Shown here one piece after another: positions 38,283-48,492 of a DNA stretch of 64,000 nucleotides (positions are counted from its first letter, which is position 1; every line of letters begins with the position of its first letter). The notes beneath the pieces were generated by a model. It had not been told where the DNA came from and searched no databases. It saw only the letters and a list, made by a program, of their open reading frames with translations. Both the position numbers and the translations under genes were made by a program. Source of the stretch: Alkalispirochaeta sp. (lineage in GTDB: Bacteria > Spirochaetota > Spirochaetia > DSM-27196 > Alkalispirochaetaceae); the NCBI GenBank assembly GCA_965242725.1, contig CBDESZ010000015.1, forward strand, positions 17,347 to 81,346. Direction: 5' to 3'.

Positions 38283-39089
38283 TCAGATGGAATCGTCGCC
38301 GAGCTTCCAGAAATCCCTCGGGCTCAATCCGGTGAAAGCGCGGAACTCGTGGTTGAGGTGGGCCTGGTCAAAGTACCCCGCCCCATGGGCGAGGTCGGTG
38401 AGGGTAGACGCGGCGGGATACCCCTTTATGACCGACTCAAAGCGAACGACCCGGGCGTATTTTTTCGGCGTGAATCCCGTACACGCCTTGAACCGCCTGT
38501 TTAAGTGCTTCCGGGAGAGGCCGTACCGTGCCGCCAGATCGGCGAGGGACACGTTGCCCCCGCCGCTTCTGATCACGGTAACCGCATCAGCCATGGCTGC
38601 ATCGTCTGTTGTGGTCCCGAAGGTGCGGCCGGTTCCCGATCCCCCGGCTGCGCGCAATCGTGCCCGGAAGAACGCGGTGAGCATCGCTATGCGTTCCGCC
38701 ACGCTCCCCGCGGCGGCGATCCTCTCGTTCAACAGCGCCCCGTCCCGTGCAAGAAGGGTATCGACGGAGAGGAGCTCCTGACTCACCTCCGATGCGGCAA
38801 CGGGAAAGAGCCGGGCCAGCGCGTGGGAATACACTGAGACACCCAGGAGGTGGCGATAGGGCCGTATCGTGAGGTGGCGGGGTAGATAGGTATGCCCTTC
38901 CACCATGGAATGGAGAAGTTCCCCGTCGGCAGAGGAATCGGAAAAGGCAAAGGTGATATTGGTCAGCGTATTTGCAACGATGTAGTAGTGCCCTCCCGGG
39001 TGCGGCGTCCGGGCGTCCCAGCTGCACAGCCAGAAGTGGCGTATGATATCTTTCAGTTCATCGCACGGCGCGATTTCGGCATAATCCAT
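38283..39089 (-). CDS. AraC family transcriptional regulator
   Basis: S..HL.R.F….G.TPK…R..RF and GY.DQAH…EF….G.SP. Confidence 0.9.
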   Translation of the reverse strand: MDYAEIAPCDELKDIIRHFWLCSWDARTPHPGGHYYIVANTLTNITFAFSDSSADGELLHSMVEGHTYLPRHLTIRPYRHLLGVSVYSHALARLFPVAASEVSQELLSVDTLLARDGALLNERIAAAGSVAERIAMLTAFFRARLRAAGGSGTGRTFGTTTDDAAMADAVTVIRSGGGNVSLADLAARYGLSRKHLNRRFKACTGFTPKKYARVVRFESVIKGYPAASTLTDLAHGAGYFDQAHLNHEFRAFTGLSPRDFWKLGDDSI

Positions 39090-39188
39090 GAGGTCGGTCA
39101 AAGATACCACGGCGGGAGGATTCCGGCACCCTCTATGGTTGATGACAACCCGTCCCGTTTGTGTAACCATATCGTCCGGAGGATTCGT

Positions 39189-39899
39189 ATGGAGACAAAC
39201 ACCGGTGATACCGGCGCTGGTACAACCCTCTCGACTCGGCGCAGACGAGCTGCCCTTGCTGCCGCTATAGCGCTCCTGGGAATGGGCGTCGCCGCGGGTG
39301 TCGCCTTCGGCGTCATTCACGGTCAACTCGTTATTCCCGGTAACCCCGTCACAACCGCCGCCAACATACGGAACAATACCACCCTTTTCGCGCTTGAAGT
39401 GGCGTTGTGGATTATCATCGTGGCGGCTGATGTGATCGTCGCCCTTGCCCTGTGGCGCTTCTTCAAGCCCGTACACCGGGGACTGTCCCGTGCTGCGGCG
39501 GTGATGCGTCTCGTCTATTCGGTGATTCTCGCCACGGCCGTCGTCATCCTTGCAACGGCTCTTTTTGCCGGAGACGACGCGTATTCCCGGATAACTGTCT
39601 TTGAAAGGATATGGTCCCTCGGTCTGATTCTCTTTGGCGGCCATCTGTTGCTGCTGGGAATTGTGTCCATTCAGGCGCCGGAAGTTCCACGTATTATCGC
39701 GTGGCTCCTTGCGGGCGCGGGACCGGCGTATACGGTAATTCACATAATGGACAACCTCGACCCCGACGCCGCTAAGCTCGGCGCGGCAATAGGCCGCATC
39801 CTTTCTGCGCCGATGGCCCTTGCCGAGCTTGGGTTTGCGGTGTGGCTGATCGTACTGGTTGTTCGCAGTCGAAGGCGACGTGACGGTGCATCCCGGTAA
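39189..39899 (+). CDS. DUF4386 family membrane protein
   Basis: T..NI….LF, D…A..L…F, GL..FG.HL and EL.FA.WL motifs. Confidence 0.82.
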   Translation: METNTGDTGAGTTLSTRRRRAALAAAIALLGMGVAAGVAFGVIHGQLVIPGNPVTTAANIRNNTTLFALEVALWIIIVAADVIVALALWRFFKPVHRGLSRAAAVMRLVYSVILATAVVILATALFAGDDAYSRITVFERIWSLGLILFGGHLLLLGIVSIQAPEVPRIIAWLLAGAGPAYTVIHIMDNLDPDAAKLGAAIGRILSAPMALAELGFAVWLIVLVVRSRRRRDGASR

Positions 39900-39947
39900 C
39901 ACGGATACATCGGATACATCAGAGATTGAGTAGACGAGGATTGGGTC

Positions 39948-40298
39948 ATGGAGTTTCACCATCACACGCGGGGGACTCACAAAGTAGCCGAATTGGTATC
40001 ACCGGAGCGATGCATCGATACCGCCTCGGACTTTCTCGATGTCGTGGCAAATGCCGGGGCCAGATCCGTGCTGGTACACAACCATCACCTCCATGACGAT
40101 TTTTTCGATCTGAAAACGGGGCTCGCCGGTGAAATCCTGCAGAAGGTCAGTAATTACCGCACCCGTCTGGGCGTCATCGGCGACCATTCGCGATTCACTT
40201 CCGGCGCCATGCGCGATTTCATCCGTGAGAGTAACCGGACCGGACAGGTTGTCTTTGTCGCGTCCGTTGAGGAGGCTCTCGACCGATTTCTCGGGTGA
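39948..40298 (+). CDS. DUF4180 family protein
   Basis: FFDLKTGLAGEILQK..NY…GD.S…S….FIRESN. Confidence 0.88.
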   Translation: MEFHHHTRGTHKVAELVSPERCIDTASDFLDVVANAGARSVLVHNHHLHDDFFDLKTGLAGEILQKVSNYRTRLGVIGDHSRFTSGAMRDFIRESNRTGQVVFVASVEEALDRFLG

Positions 40299-40299
40299 C

Positions 40300-41060
40300 T
40301 GCAGCCTTCATAGAAATCACTGGGGATTGATTCCCATCCGGCAACGATCGTGCAATTTGAAAAGGAATTCTTCCGGCGCAGACAGGGCAGGGACTTCGTC
40401 CGATTCCCCAGTATGAGCCGACTCCCGACCTGATCGCGAATATGGTTGGATTCCGGAAAGGGGAAATCGAAGGGATCTCCGATGTCGTAGAGAGAGTTCT
40501 TAGGTAACTTTCGAATCCCCGTTCGCCGACGGAGGCATACGATACAAAGTGCGCCGATCCTTCCAGGGATGGATCGGGGGAGGCGAGGAGGAGGGCGTAC
40601 GCTTCCTCCTTGAGGTCGCGATAGAGACTGGCCGGCTCGGCTTCCATCCGGGTTGCCGCGTTCGTCTCGTCGACCATCCCGGTACGAACGGCGGGGAAAA
40701 CGCCGATACTGGTATTCTCCCGGCGTGACGCCTTTGAAATGGTAACGCCCACGACGCTGAATCCAATGTCCGTTTTCACCGTCCTGACAAAGAGTGGACC
40801 ACCACTGTTGCCTCCCTCGATCGATACAGTATGTTGAATGAGATAGCTGTAATGGGGGTCAATTCTCGCCGCCGCGTTGGTGACAACTCCGTAAGACAAT
40901 TGTCACAACAGAGACTGGGCAAATCCGGGATAACCTGTCGCATACACCCGTGTACCGTCGGTAACACGGGTGGAGGATACGGGAAATCCCCGGGTAAATG
41001 ATCCTGCCGGCAGACGCAATACGGCGAGGCATATGCGGTCTTCCACATATGCTAACGGCA
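40300..41060 (-). pseudogene. Degraded trypsin-like serine protease
   Basis: V.A.GYPG…L*QLSYG.V.N (TGA at 40903 where Trp is expected) and IQH…I.GGNSGGPL; the N-terminal catalytic His region is not recognisable. Limits are approximate. Confidence 0.68.
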
Positions 41061-41383
41061 ACGATCAAACGCACGAAAGATGAGGACAACTCCGCATTTA
41101 CCCGTTCTGCGCCCGCATAAACGAGAACTGCCGACGAGGTATGAGGTTTCGCGCCAGGCATTGACCCGAAAAGGACGGAATCACCGGAGTTGCAGAACCC
41201 GACGGATTGTATGGGACAACGGGGTCACCCAGCCGGAGGATGATAACTCAACATGAGGCGCCCCGACCCGGTGAAGGAGCACGTTTTCCGACGGGCCGTC
41301 GGTATTTCTGAACTGACCGAGGGTGATTGCGGCGACGCCGATGAGGACGAAAAGTCCGTACCATTTCCTTCTGCCGTGGTGGT

Positions 41384-41881
41384 TCATCGCCCGCCTCCCG
41401 TCACCCACTGACGGGCAAAGGTGCGGATTTCCTCCCCGTTGATCCGCCGATAACTTCCGGTTACTCCTGCCTTCCTTTTCAGGAGGTATCGCATCAGGGG
41501 TCCGTAATCTTCAATTGAAAGTTCTCCGCCGAAGAAGCGCCGCTGTTCCGCCCGGGTGATCATGTCGCGGGGAAAATTGTTTTCAAAATAGGCTGCGTCC
41601 TCCCGTCCGGAACAGAGAAAGAATCCCATGCGTTTTGCCGGCAGGACGGCGCGATGTGCATCGATGAATCGGCGAATCCCGGGGTGCACTTTGCCCGCCC
41701 AGATCGACGATCCGATGATGACGTGGTCGTAACGGGAAACTTCCGTGCGCCGTGCCTTCTTAATGTCCACGACGTCACAGCCTGCGCCTCCTGCACGGTT
41801 GATCTCATCCCTCAGTGTGAAGGCACACTTTTTGGTGCATCCTTTTCGGCTTCCATAGAGAATTAATGTTTTCATGTTCAT
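41384..41881 (-). CDS. Flavodoxin-domain protein (HemG/Flavodoxin_5-like)
   Basis: ILYGS..G.T..CA, IIGSSI.AG and FFGG. Confidence 0.85.
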   Translation of the reverse strand: MNMKTLILYGSRKGCTKKCAFTLRDEINRAGGAGCDVVDIKKARRTEVSRYDHVIIGSSIWAGKVHPGIRRFIDAHRAVLPAKRMGFFLCSGREDAAYFENNFPRDMITRAEQRRFFGGELSIEDYGPLMRYLLKRKAGVTGSYRRINGEEIRTFARQWVTGGGR

Positions 41882-41957
41882 CTCCCTTTAGTGGTTTTAA
41901 CCGTTTGTGGCGGGGGATGAAAAAAAGTTACGGCCTTTTGTGGTATAATCGAACGAA

Positions 41958-42743
41958 ATGGCAGACATCGAGTCGATTGTCCGTGAACATGGAAAGCGGC
42001 TGTACAATCTCGCATATCGGATCTGCGGTGATGCCGAGCTTGCGGAGGATCTCTATCAGGAGAGCCTTATCGCGATCAATCAGGCTCTTCCGTCATTTCG
42101 GGGAGAGAGTACCTCTTTCACATGGGCATACCGTATTACCACCCGGACCTGTCTCAGAAAAAGAGGGGCCCTCACGGGGGACAGCGATGCACGGGCGGCG
42201 TTGCGGCGGGCGGACCACGCGGGGCACACGGAGGGGGATGAGGAATATGCGATTGAGACCCTCCCTTCGGACGGGATGTCCCCCGAGGAAAAACTGGTAC
42301 ACGACGCGCTCATGGCGGAAATCAGGGAGAAGTGCCACTATTTTGTGACCTTTTCCCTGACCGACGAACAGCGGGTGCCCCTGCTGTTGAAGGACCTCTT
42401 CGATTTTTCATACCGGGAGATCGCCTACATTCTCGATGTGACCGAGGACATTGTCCGGTCCCGGATTTCCCGGGCCCGTACCAATCTGAAGCGTCACTTT
42501 GAAAAACGGTGTTCCTGGATCAATCCCGCCAACCCCTGCACCTGTGAGAGCCGCGCCGGCGAGGCGATCGCCAAATACCCGTCCCTTCTCAGTACGCTCC
42601 GACGCCGGACCAGCCGACCCGAATACAACCGCATGATCGCACGGCAGATCGGAAAAAAGATCGAATCGGAAGACGATATCATCGCCTCCTTTCCTCTTCT
42701 CGACCATAAAGCCCGTACCTCCCTGAAAAAAATTAGTGAATAG
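41958..42743 (+). CDS. ECF RNA polymerase sigma factor with Cys-containing C-terminal extension
   Basis: AEDL.QE, F.G.S.F.TW.YRI, Y.EIA..L…V.SR..RAR and CS…P.NPC.C. Confidence 0.9.
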   Translation: MADIESIVREHGKRLYNLAYRICGDAELAEDLYQESLIAINQALPSFRGESTSFTWAYRITTRTCLRKRGALTGDSDARAALRRADHAGHTEGDEEYAIETLPSDGMSPEEKLVHDALMAEIREKCHYFVTFSLTDEQRVPLLLKDLFDFSYREIAYILDVTEDIVRSRISRARTNLKRHFEKRCSWINPANPCTCESRAGEAIAKYPSLLSTLRRRTSRPEYNRMIARQIGKKIESEDDIIASFPLLDHKARTSLKKISE

Positions 42744-42838
42744 CGCCGCGACGCCGTAACCTTTTTCAATCTTCACGCCACCAACTCCATATACGTCCCG
42801 GTAGCGCCGGGACGGTAATAATTCTCAAGGAGCACAGG

Positions 42839-43669
42839 ATGAAGGAATTGAAGGATACCATCGCAGTCGTTACCGGAGCGGCGTCGGGGCTGGGCAGATC
42901 GATTGCATTGCATCTGGCGGAGAGGGGCGCCATCGTCGTCGCGAGCGACATCGACTTCGGCGGCGCGGAAGAGACGAGCCGCCGGATTGTTGAAGGCGGC
43001 GGCAGATCCATTGCGATCGCCGCCGATGTGACCGTTGAAAATGAGATTGTCAACGTCGTCAACCGCACGGTAGAACGGTACGGAAGGATCGATTATCTCT
43101 TCAACAACGCGGGCGTAGCGCTGAATGGGGAGTTTCAGGATATGGACGACGATACGTGGAAGAAGATCATGGACGTCAATTTCTGGGGCGTCGTCTACGG
43201 TACCCGCGCCGCCTATTCTCACATGATCGGGCAGGGTTTCGGCCATATCATTAACGTGTCATCCCTGGCGGGGCTCGTTCCGGGCGGACTCATGACCGGG
43301 TACGGCGCCGCAAAACACGCCGTGGTGGGGTTTACCGCAACACTCAGAGCCGAGGCGCGGCAATACGGCATCCGTGTTTCCTCCCTCTGTCCCGGGTACC
43401 TCGATACGCCGATGCATGAGACCGCCGCCAATGTGACGCCCTACATCGCCGCACATGATGCGGAATATCTCAGCAGGTCCCACGGGTACCCGCCGCCGGA
43501 CCGGATCATCCGGCACGTGATGCGCGGCGTGATGCGCAACAGGTCAATCATCGTTTCGCCCCGTATTCAGCTTCCGGTCTGGTGGATCTACCGTGTATTT
43601 CCGGAGTTGCTGCCGCGGGTCTGGTCGGCGATAATAGCTGGTATCAAGCAAAAACAACCGGCTGTGTAA
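42839..43669 (+). CDS. SDR family oxidoreductase
   Basis: TGAASGLG, NNAG, YxxxK (YGAAK) and CPG. Confidence 0.93.
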   Translation: MKELKDTIAVVTGAASGLGRSIALHLAERGAIVVASDIDFGGAEETSRRIVEGGGRSIAIAADVTVENEIVNVVNRTVERYGRIDYLFNNAGVALNGEFQDMDDDTWKKIMDVNFWGVVYGTRAAYSHMIGQGFGHIINVSSLAGLVPGGLMTGYGAAKHAVVGFTATLRAEARQYGIRVSSLCPGYLDTPMHETAANVTPYIAAHDAEYLSRSHGYPPPDRIIRHVMRGVMRNRSIIVSPRIQLPVWWIYRVFPELLPRVWSAIIAGIKQKQPAV

Positions 43670-43679
43670 AGGGGAGACA

Positions 43680-44456
43680 GTGGAAGAATATCCGCAGCCC
43701 GTGAATGTTCGGCAAATGACGCTTTCCCGTATTCTCTTGATGCATCTCTGGCCGGCAATCGCTTTTTTCGTCGTCATTTACGGGATCGGTCCGAAATTTG
43801 CCGGCGACGATCGACCCGTGTCGTTCTGGTTTGTCCTATTTGTTATGGTCGTGTGCAACGGCCTCGAACTGGCGGCGGGAGTGGCGGGGCTGCGCCGCTC
43901 CGGTCGTCCCGTTCCTCTCCGGCGAAGTCCCCGGCGAAGGGGACGGTGGTACGTATCCGCGATCGCGGTCCTGATCGTCGGTTTTGCCGCGGCCGCGGCG
44001 GTAACGCCGGTTCACCGGCTCCTTGCCGAATCGACGCTCCTGGCACCGCCTTCCTGGTGGCCCGCCGCAACCGACCCGACCGTACCCAAATCGGGTATCG
44101 CCGACGCCTTTCCGGATGTCAACCTTTCCGGGAACTGGCTGTTTTTCTTTGCCTACGTGACGATCGGCCTCTTTTTCAACGTCATTGGAGAGGAGGTGTA
44201 CTATCGGGCCTATCTCCTGCCGCGGATGCACGGCGTCTTCGGCCGGTGGGCGTGGGTTGCAAGCTCGCTGCTCTTTACGGCAAAACATATCTACCAGCCC
44301 TGGGCATTGCCGGGAGTCCTGGTTGGAGCCCTCTGTTTCGGATTTGCCGCAGGCCCCCTCAAGAGCGTCCGCCTGGCGATTCTGTACCACTGGATCGGGA
44401 ATTACCTACTGCCGGTAGGTATGCTCTTCCTGGCGGTTATGAACATTTCAATGTAA
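43680..44456 (+). CDS. CPBP (CAAX/Abi) intramembrane glutamic endopeptidase
   Basis: EE.YYR.YL, F…H and H…N motifs. Confidence 0.88.
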   Translation: MEEYPQPVNVRQMTLSRILLMHLWPAIAFFVVIYGIGPKFAGDDRPVSFWFVLFVMVVCNGLELAAGVAGLRRSGRPVPLRRSPRRRGRWYVSAIAVLIVGFAAAAAVTPVHRLLAESTLLAPPSWWPAATDPTVPKSGIADAFPDVNLSGNWLFFFAYVTIGLFFNVIGEEVYYRAYLLPRMHGVFGRWAWVASSLLFTAKHIYQPWALPGVLVGALCFGFAAGPLKSVRLAILYHWIGNYLLPVGMLFLAVMNISM

Positions 44457-44472
44457 GGGGAAAAGGATCTGC

Positions 44473-45465
44473 ATGATGAGTGACAGGGGCGCCCCAACTG
44501 CTACACCCGCCACAACCGGTACCGTCGCCGCATTGCTGGGGATCCATCCCAACACCCTTCGCTGGTACGAGGCGGCGGGGTATCTGCCGGAGGTTCCGCG
44601 CACGCGAGGTGGATACCGTCAGTACTCTCCGGAGCTCGTACGCCTGGCCGGAATCGTCCGGGAATCGCAACCGCTACTGCGCATCTATGGACCCATACGC
44701 CGCGCCGGCTTTGTCTTTCTCCGGGGGTGCAGGGAAGAGTGCGTCGCCCTGGAACGACGTGGTGACGTGAGAGCGAAGGTTGCCGCGTGGACGGAAGGTG
44801 CGGGATATCCGCTGCCGGTGGAGGGCGCGGATCACGCGGTGAGCCCGCCCGGGACGTACCCGGCGTACCCGCCGTACCGTACCGCCCTGGCGCGTCTGGC
44901 TGAATTGAAAGATCTATTGGAGCGGGAACACCGCCTCGCCCTGGACGCCCTGGAAGCACTGGAACGATTCCGGCGCGGCGACGCCGCGGCTACGCGTGAT
45001 ATGGAGCGGGAGCGGGCTCCGTCACGCCGGGGCGTGCTCTCCTATATCGGACCGACGGCAGCAGATACAGGCCTCTCCCGGGACCGGATCATCAACTGGG
45101 AACGGGACGGACTGTGCCGCTACCCGCGGAGCGAGGCGGGGTACCGTCTCTTTGGCGCGGACGAGCGAGACCGACTTCTGATTATCAGAAGCTGCAGGAC
45201 CGCCGGATACAGCATTACCGCCATTCGCCGGCTGATGCGCGCCGTTGAGGAGGCGTCGCCGGTTTTGGACGTGCCCACGGACGCTCCGACCGTCGACGTG
45301 CAGCCCTCTGCGTCGGGGCCCGACGCTCTTCGGACCGTTGCCGACACACCGACACCACAGGAGACGGCGCTCTTTTCCGTCTTTCCCACCGATACCCTCC
45401 CGTCCACGCTGGAAAGGCTGATCGCCCTGACTGAACGTCTGGAGACGATAATTCGGGCCGGCTGA
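44473..45465 (+). CDS. MerR family regulator with two HTH domains
   Basis: GIHPNTLRWYE..G…R..GGYRQY and NWER.GL…R…GYR.F…II…R.AGYS..AI. Confidence 0.85.
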   Translation: MMSDRGAPTATPATTGTVAALLGIHPNTLRWYEAAGYLPEVPRTRGGYRQYSPELVRLAGIVRESQPLLRIYGPIRRAGFVFLRGCREECVALERRGDVRAKVAAWTEGAGYPLPVEGADHAVSPPGTYPAYPPYRTALARLAELKDLLEREHRLALDALEALERFRRGDAAATRDMERERAPSRRGVLSYIGPTAADTGLSRDRIINWERDGLCRYPRSEAGYRLFGADERDRLLIIRSCRTAGYSITAIRRLMRAVEEASPVLDVPTDAPTVDVQPSASGPDALRTVADTPTPQETALFSVFPTDTLPSTLERLIALTERLETIIRAG

Positions 45466-45482
45466 TCTCCCGTCGTCCCTCT

Positions 45483-45515
45483 CAACCCTCCAATTTAACA
45501 CCAGGGTTGTACCAT
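45483..45515 (+). promoter_or_regulatory. Dyad operator and -10 upstream of the ABC exporter genes (candidate MerR site)
   Basis: CAACCCT-N13-AGGGTTG immediately followed by TACCAT. Confidence 0.55.
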
Positions 45516-45540
45516 GACCCATCAATTCACAGGAGGCGGT

Positions 45541-46311
45541 ATGACAGATACGGTAATTGTGCGCGCCCGAGGAATATCCAAAGAGTACCCCAGCGGCGTG
45601 CGTGCTCTGGAGGAGGTTGATCTCACCATCCGGGAAGGAGAGCGCTTTGTGCTCCTCGGTCCCAACGGCGCGGGAAAGTCGACGCTGGTCAGAATCATTT
45701 CATCACTTTCCCGACCGGACCTGGGACGGTGTGACGTCTGCGGAATGGATCCTCAACGGGACGCACGGCGGCTCATGGAACGGATCGGCGTGGTGACCCA
45801 GGATAATGATCTCGATCCCCAGGCGACGGGACGGGAGCTGCTGCGGTTTCAGGGCAGGCTCTTTGGTCTGGACAGGAACGAGAGCGGAGCGCGGGCGGAG
45901 GAGCTCATTGAGGCGCTTGACCTCACCGATCACGCCGACAAACGGGTGGAGACGCTGTCGGGAGGGAACAAGCGCAAACTCCACTGCGCCCTCGCACTTG
46001 TCCATCGTCCGCGGCTCCTCTTTCTCGATGAGCCGACGGTGGGTATGGACCCGGAAGTGCGGGCGCGGTTCTGGGGGTTCATTCGTCGTCTCAATCGAGA
46101 TGAGGGAATCACGCTGGTCCTCACCACCCAATATCTGGAAGAAGCGGAACGGCACGCCGAGGAAATGGCGTTGCTCCGCAACGGCAGGATTGTCTACCGG
46201 GGATCGGTGGAGACTTTTATCGGTGAACGTCACATCGCGGAAGGCAACCGGAGATCTCTTGAGGAGGGATATCTGGCGTATCTGCAGGAGGCCGGTCATG
46301 CTGCTCATTAA
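45541..46311 (+). CDS. ABC exporter ATP-binding protein (DrrA-like)
   Basis: GPNGAGKST, LSGG.KR.L, FLDEPT.G.DP and TT.YLEEAE. Confidence 0.93.
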   Translation: MTDTVIVRARGISKEYPSGVRALEEVDLTIREGERFVLLGPNGAGKSTLVRIISSLSRPDLGRCDVCGMDPQRDARRLMERIGVVTQDNDLDPQATGRELLRFQGRLFGLDRNESGARAEELIEALDLTDHADKRVETLSGGNKRKLHCALALVHRPRLLFLDEPTVGMDPEVRARFWGFIRRLNRDEGITLVLTTQYLEEAERHAEEMALLRNGRIVYRGSVETFIGERHIAEGNRRSLEEGYLAYLQEAGHAAH

Positions 46312-47044
46312 ACGGGGTGTCCTGCGGATGCTCAGACGTCCATTTGCCCTCCTGGGGGGGCTCGGCATGAGCCTCTTTTTTCTGGTGGTATACAATGCGG
46401 GAATTGGCGGTGTTGAATTTCTGCCGCAGTTCGGCGGAGGCGGGTATCTCGCCTTTCTTCTGCCCATGAGCCTCGTCTCCCTTGCGATGGGTTCTGCCGC
46501 CGGGGCGGGGCAGTCACTTCACGATGACATGGCGTCGGGCTACTTTCGCCGCCTCTACCTCTCGCCGGTGCGGCGCTGGACATTTGTGGTTGCGCCGATT
46601 ACCGCCGACGCCGTCGCCACGGCGCTGGGGTCTTTCGGCGTTGTCACTGCGGGTCTCGCCTTCGGCGTACCCCTCCGGTTTGGAATTGTGTCGGCGGCGG
46701 GGCTGCTCCTGCTCTCTCTGCTCTGGGGGACGACGCTGTCGGCCCTGTCGGCGGGAATCATGGTGCGTACCGGCAGCCCCGAGGGTGCCCGGATCGTAAC
46801 CACCGCGGTCTTCCCCCTGATTTTCCTCTCCACCACCTTTATGCCCCGTGAACTGATCACCGCGCGGTGGCTCCTCCTGGTCTCCCGGGTCAATCCCGTC
46901 ACCTATCTCCTGGAAGGGATGCGCTACCTTCTCGCCGGCACCGCGTCGGTTGATTTCTTTCTTCTGGGTCTGGGACTGACATCGGCGGGGGCGTTGGCGG
47001 CGATTCTCTTTGCCCTCACCGGCACGCGACGGATCCTGGTATAG
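46298..47044 (+). CDS. ABC-2 type exporter permease (DrrB-like)
   Basis: FPL.FLS..F.P and NP.TY…..R; six TM segments. Confidence 0.88.
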   Translation: MLLIKRGVLRMLRRPFALLGGLGMSLFFLVVYNAGIGGVEFLPQFGGGGYLAFLLPMSLVSLAMGSAAGAGQSLHDDMASGYFRRLYLSPVRRWTFVVAPITADAVATALGSFGVVTAGLAFGVPLRFGIVSAAGLLLLSLLWGTTLSALSAGIMVRTGSPEGARIVTTAVFPLIFLSTTFMPRELITARWLLLVSRVNPVTYLLEGMRYLLAGTASVDFFLLGLGLTSAGALAAILFALTGTRRILV

Positions 47045-47107
47045 ATCGGGAGGGAGGGGAGCGTGAGCCCTGTACTTCCGCCGTCCACTGCAATACATTT
47101 TTCATGT

Positions 47108-47617
47108 ATGAATGTGCGAGCGGAACCAATACAATTCCCCGACGATGGAGCGATCCCCAACAACCGGTTGCCGTTGCTTCTGTATCGAAAAGTCTGGCCG
47201 GCGGCGGGGGATCTCGCTCCACAGATTGAGGAGACCTTTCTCGGGAATGACTGGCGCGGCTTGTGGCGAAACGGCGTCTTTCCCTACCATCATTATCACA
47301 GCACGAGCCATGAAGTGCTCGGTGTATACGCCGGTAGCGCCGTTGTGCAGTTCGGCGGGGAGTCAGGTTCCCAGTTGGAGGTGTCGGCGGGGGACGTTGT
47401 GGTCATCCCCGCCGGTGTCGGCCATAAACGCATCCGTGCATCCGGCGACTTCGCCGTCATCGGCGGCTATCCGGAAGGGAGATCCTGGGATACCTGCTAC
47501 GGCAAACCCGGAGAACGGCCTGCCGCGGATCGCAGAATCGCTGAAGTTCCCCTGCCTGAGACAGACCCCGTCGCCGGACGGGAGGGGCCGCTCCCGGCAA
47601 TATGGAGCAACTCCTGA
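47108..47617 (+). CDS. Cupin domain protein (YjlB-like)
   Basis: YHHYHS..HEVL, GDV.VIPAGVGH and P..DP..G..GPL. Confidence 0.9.
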   Translation: MNVRAEPIQFPDDGAIPNNRLPLLLYRKVWPAAGDLAPQIEETFLGNDWRGLWRNGVFPYHHYHSTSHEVLGVYAGSAVVQFGGESGSQLEVSAGDVVVIPAGVGHKRIRASGDFAVIGGYPEGRSWDTCYGKPGERPAADRRIAEVPLPETDPVAGREGPLPAIWSNS

Positions 47618-47649
47618 ACCATCCCCATCGTGTGTCGTCATTTCTTCAT

Positions 47650-48459
47650 TCAATATTCAACGGAAACCAGGGTCAGTCCCCAGGCGGGTGCCGGTCCGGG
47701 CGCCCGGGATCGGTCGGCCGACACAAGGATCGTTCGGAGGGCTTCGGGCGTCAGGGTTCCCTCACCGGCCAGAACCAGTGCCCCCACCATGATGCGCACC
47801 TGACGCCAGAGGAAGCTGTTGCCTCTGATATAGATGTCCACCGGTCGCGATACCGGCTGCAAGAGCGGTAGTCCTTCAGCCGAAACGCCGCGCCGCCCGA
47901 TATCGATCGATAGAATCCGTCGGACGGTGTTGGCTCGCTTCTTGTCCGCCGTAAATGCGGCAAAATCGTGTTCGCCGACGAGCACCTGCGCCGCGGCCTC
48001 CATCGCGCGGAGATCCAGTTTTCCGGGGTGTCGCCAGACAAAACCGGTGAGGAAGGGGTCGCCGACGGGACCGTCGACAATGGAATAGCGATATGTCCGG
48101 GCAACGGCGTGGTACCGCGCGTGAAAATGATCATTGGCACGCTCAATAGAACGCACCGCTACATTGTCGGGGAGGTGCCGATTCACCTGATGGAGCAGTT
48201 CTTCCGGGTCGATTCCTCGGGGTACGACAACGCTTGCCACCTGGCCTTCCGCGTGGACACCCGCGTCCGTTCTGCCCGCTCCGTCGACACGTATCCCGGA
48301 GACGTCCGGGAGGGATCGCTCGATCGCCGTAATGAGCGTATCCTGCACGGTTTTCCCGTTGCCCTTCTGCCATCCGCGAAACTTTGATCCATTATAGGCG
48401 ACGGTCACTTTGAGCCGCTGTTGGTCCGGTACGACGCTCACGGCGCATCGTACCAGCAT
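47650..48459 (-). CDS. truA: tRNA pseudouridine(38-40) synthase TruA
   Basis: Y.G..F.GWQ, GRTDAGVHA.GQ, FHAR, G.HDF..F, FL..QVR and AP..GL.L..V.Y. Confidence 0.92.
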   Translation of the reverse strand: MLVRCAVSVVPDQQRLKVTVAYNGSKFRGWQKGNGKTVQDTLITAIERSLPDVSGIRVDGAGRTDAGVHAEGQVASVVVPRGIDPEELLHQVNRHLPDNVAVRSIERANDHFHARYHAVARTYRYSIVDGPVGDPFLTGFVWRHPGKLDLRAMEAAAQVLVGEHDFAAFTADKKRANTVRRILSIDIGRRGVSAEGLPLLQPVSRPVDIYIRGNSFLWRQVRIMVGALVLAGEGTLTPEALRTILVSADRSRAPGPAPAWGLTLVSVEY

Positions 48460-48492
48460 TTCAGGTTTTCGAACATTGAATGTGCGTCCCGT

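Noticed and set aside
40903..40905. Selenocysteine readthrough at the in-frame TGA of the protease
   Set aside because: The position fits Trp (TGG to TGA), and the rest of the gene is degraded.
41181..41387. Short ORF with a signal-peptide-like N-terminus
   Set aside because: It may be a gene remnant, but I cannot assign a family or show that it is coding.
16700..47600. Integron cassette array explaining the run of small unrelated genes
   Set aside because: Genes lie on both strands, I found no repeated complete attC (RYYYAAC…GTTRRRY), and there is no integrase.
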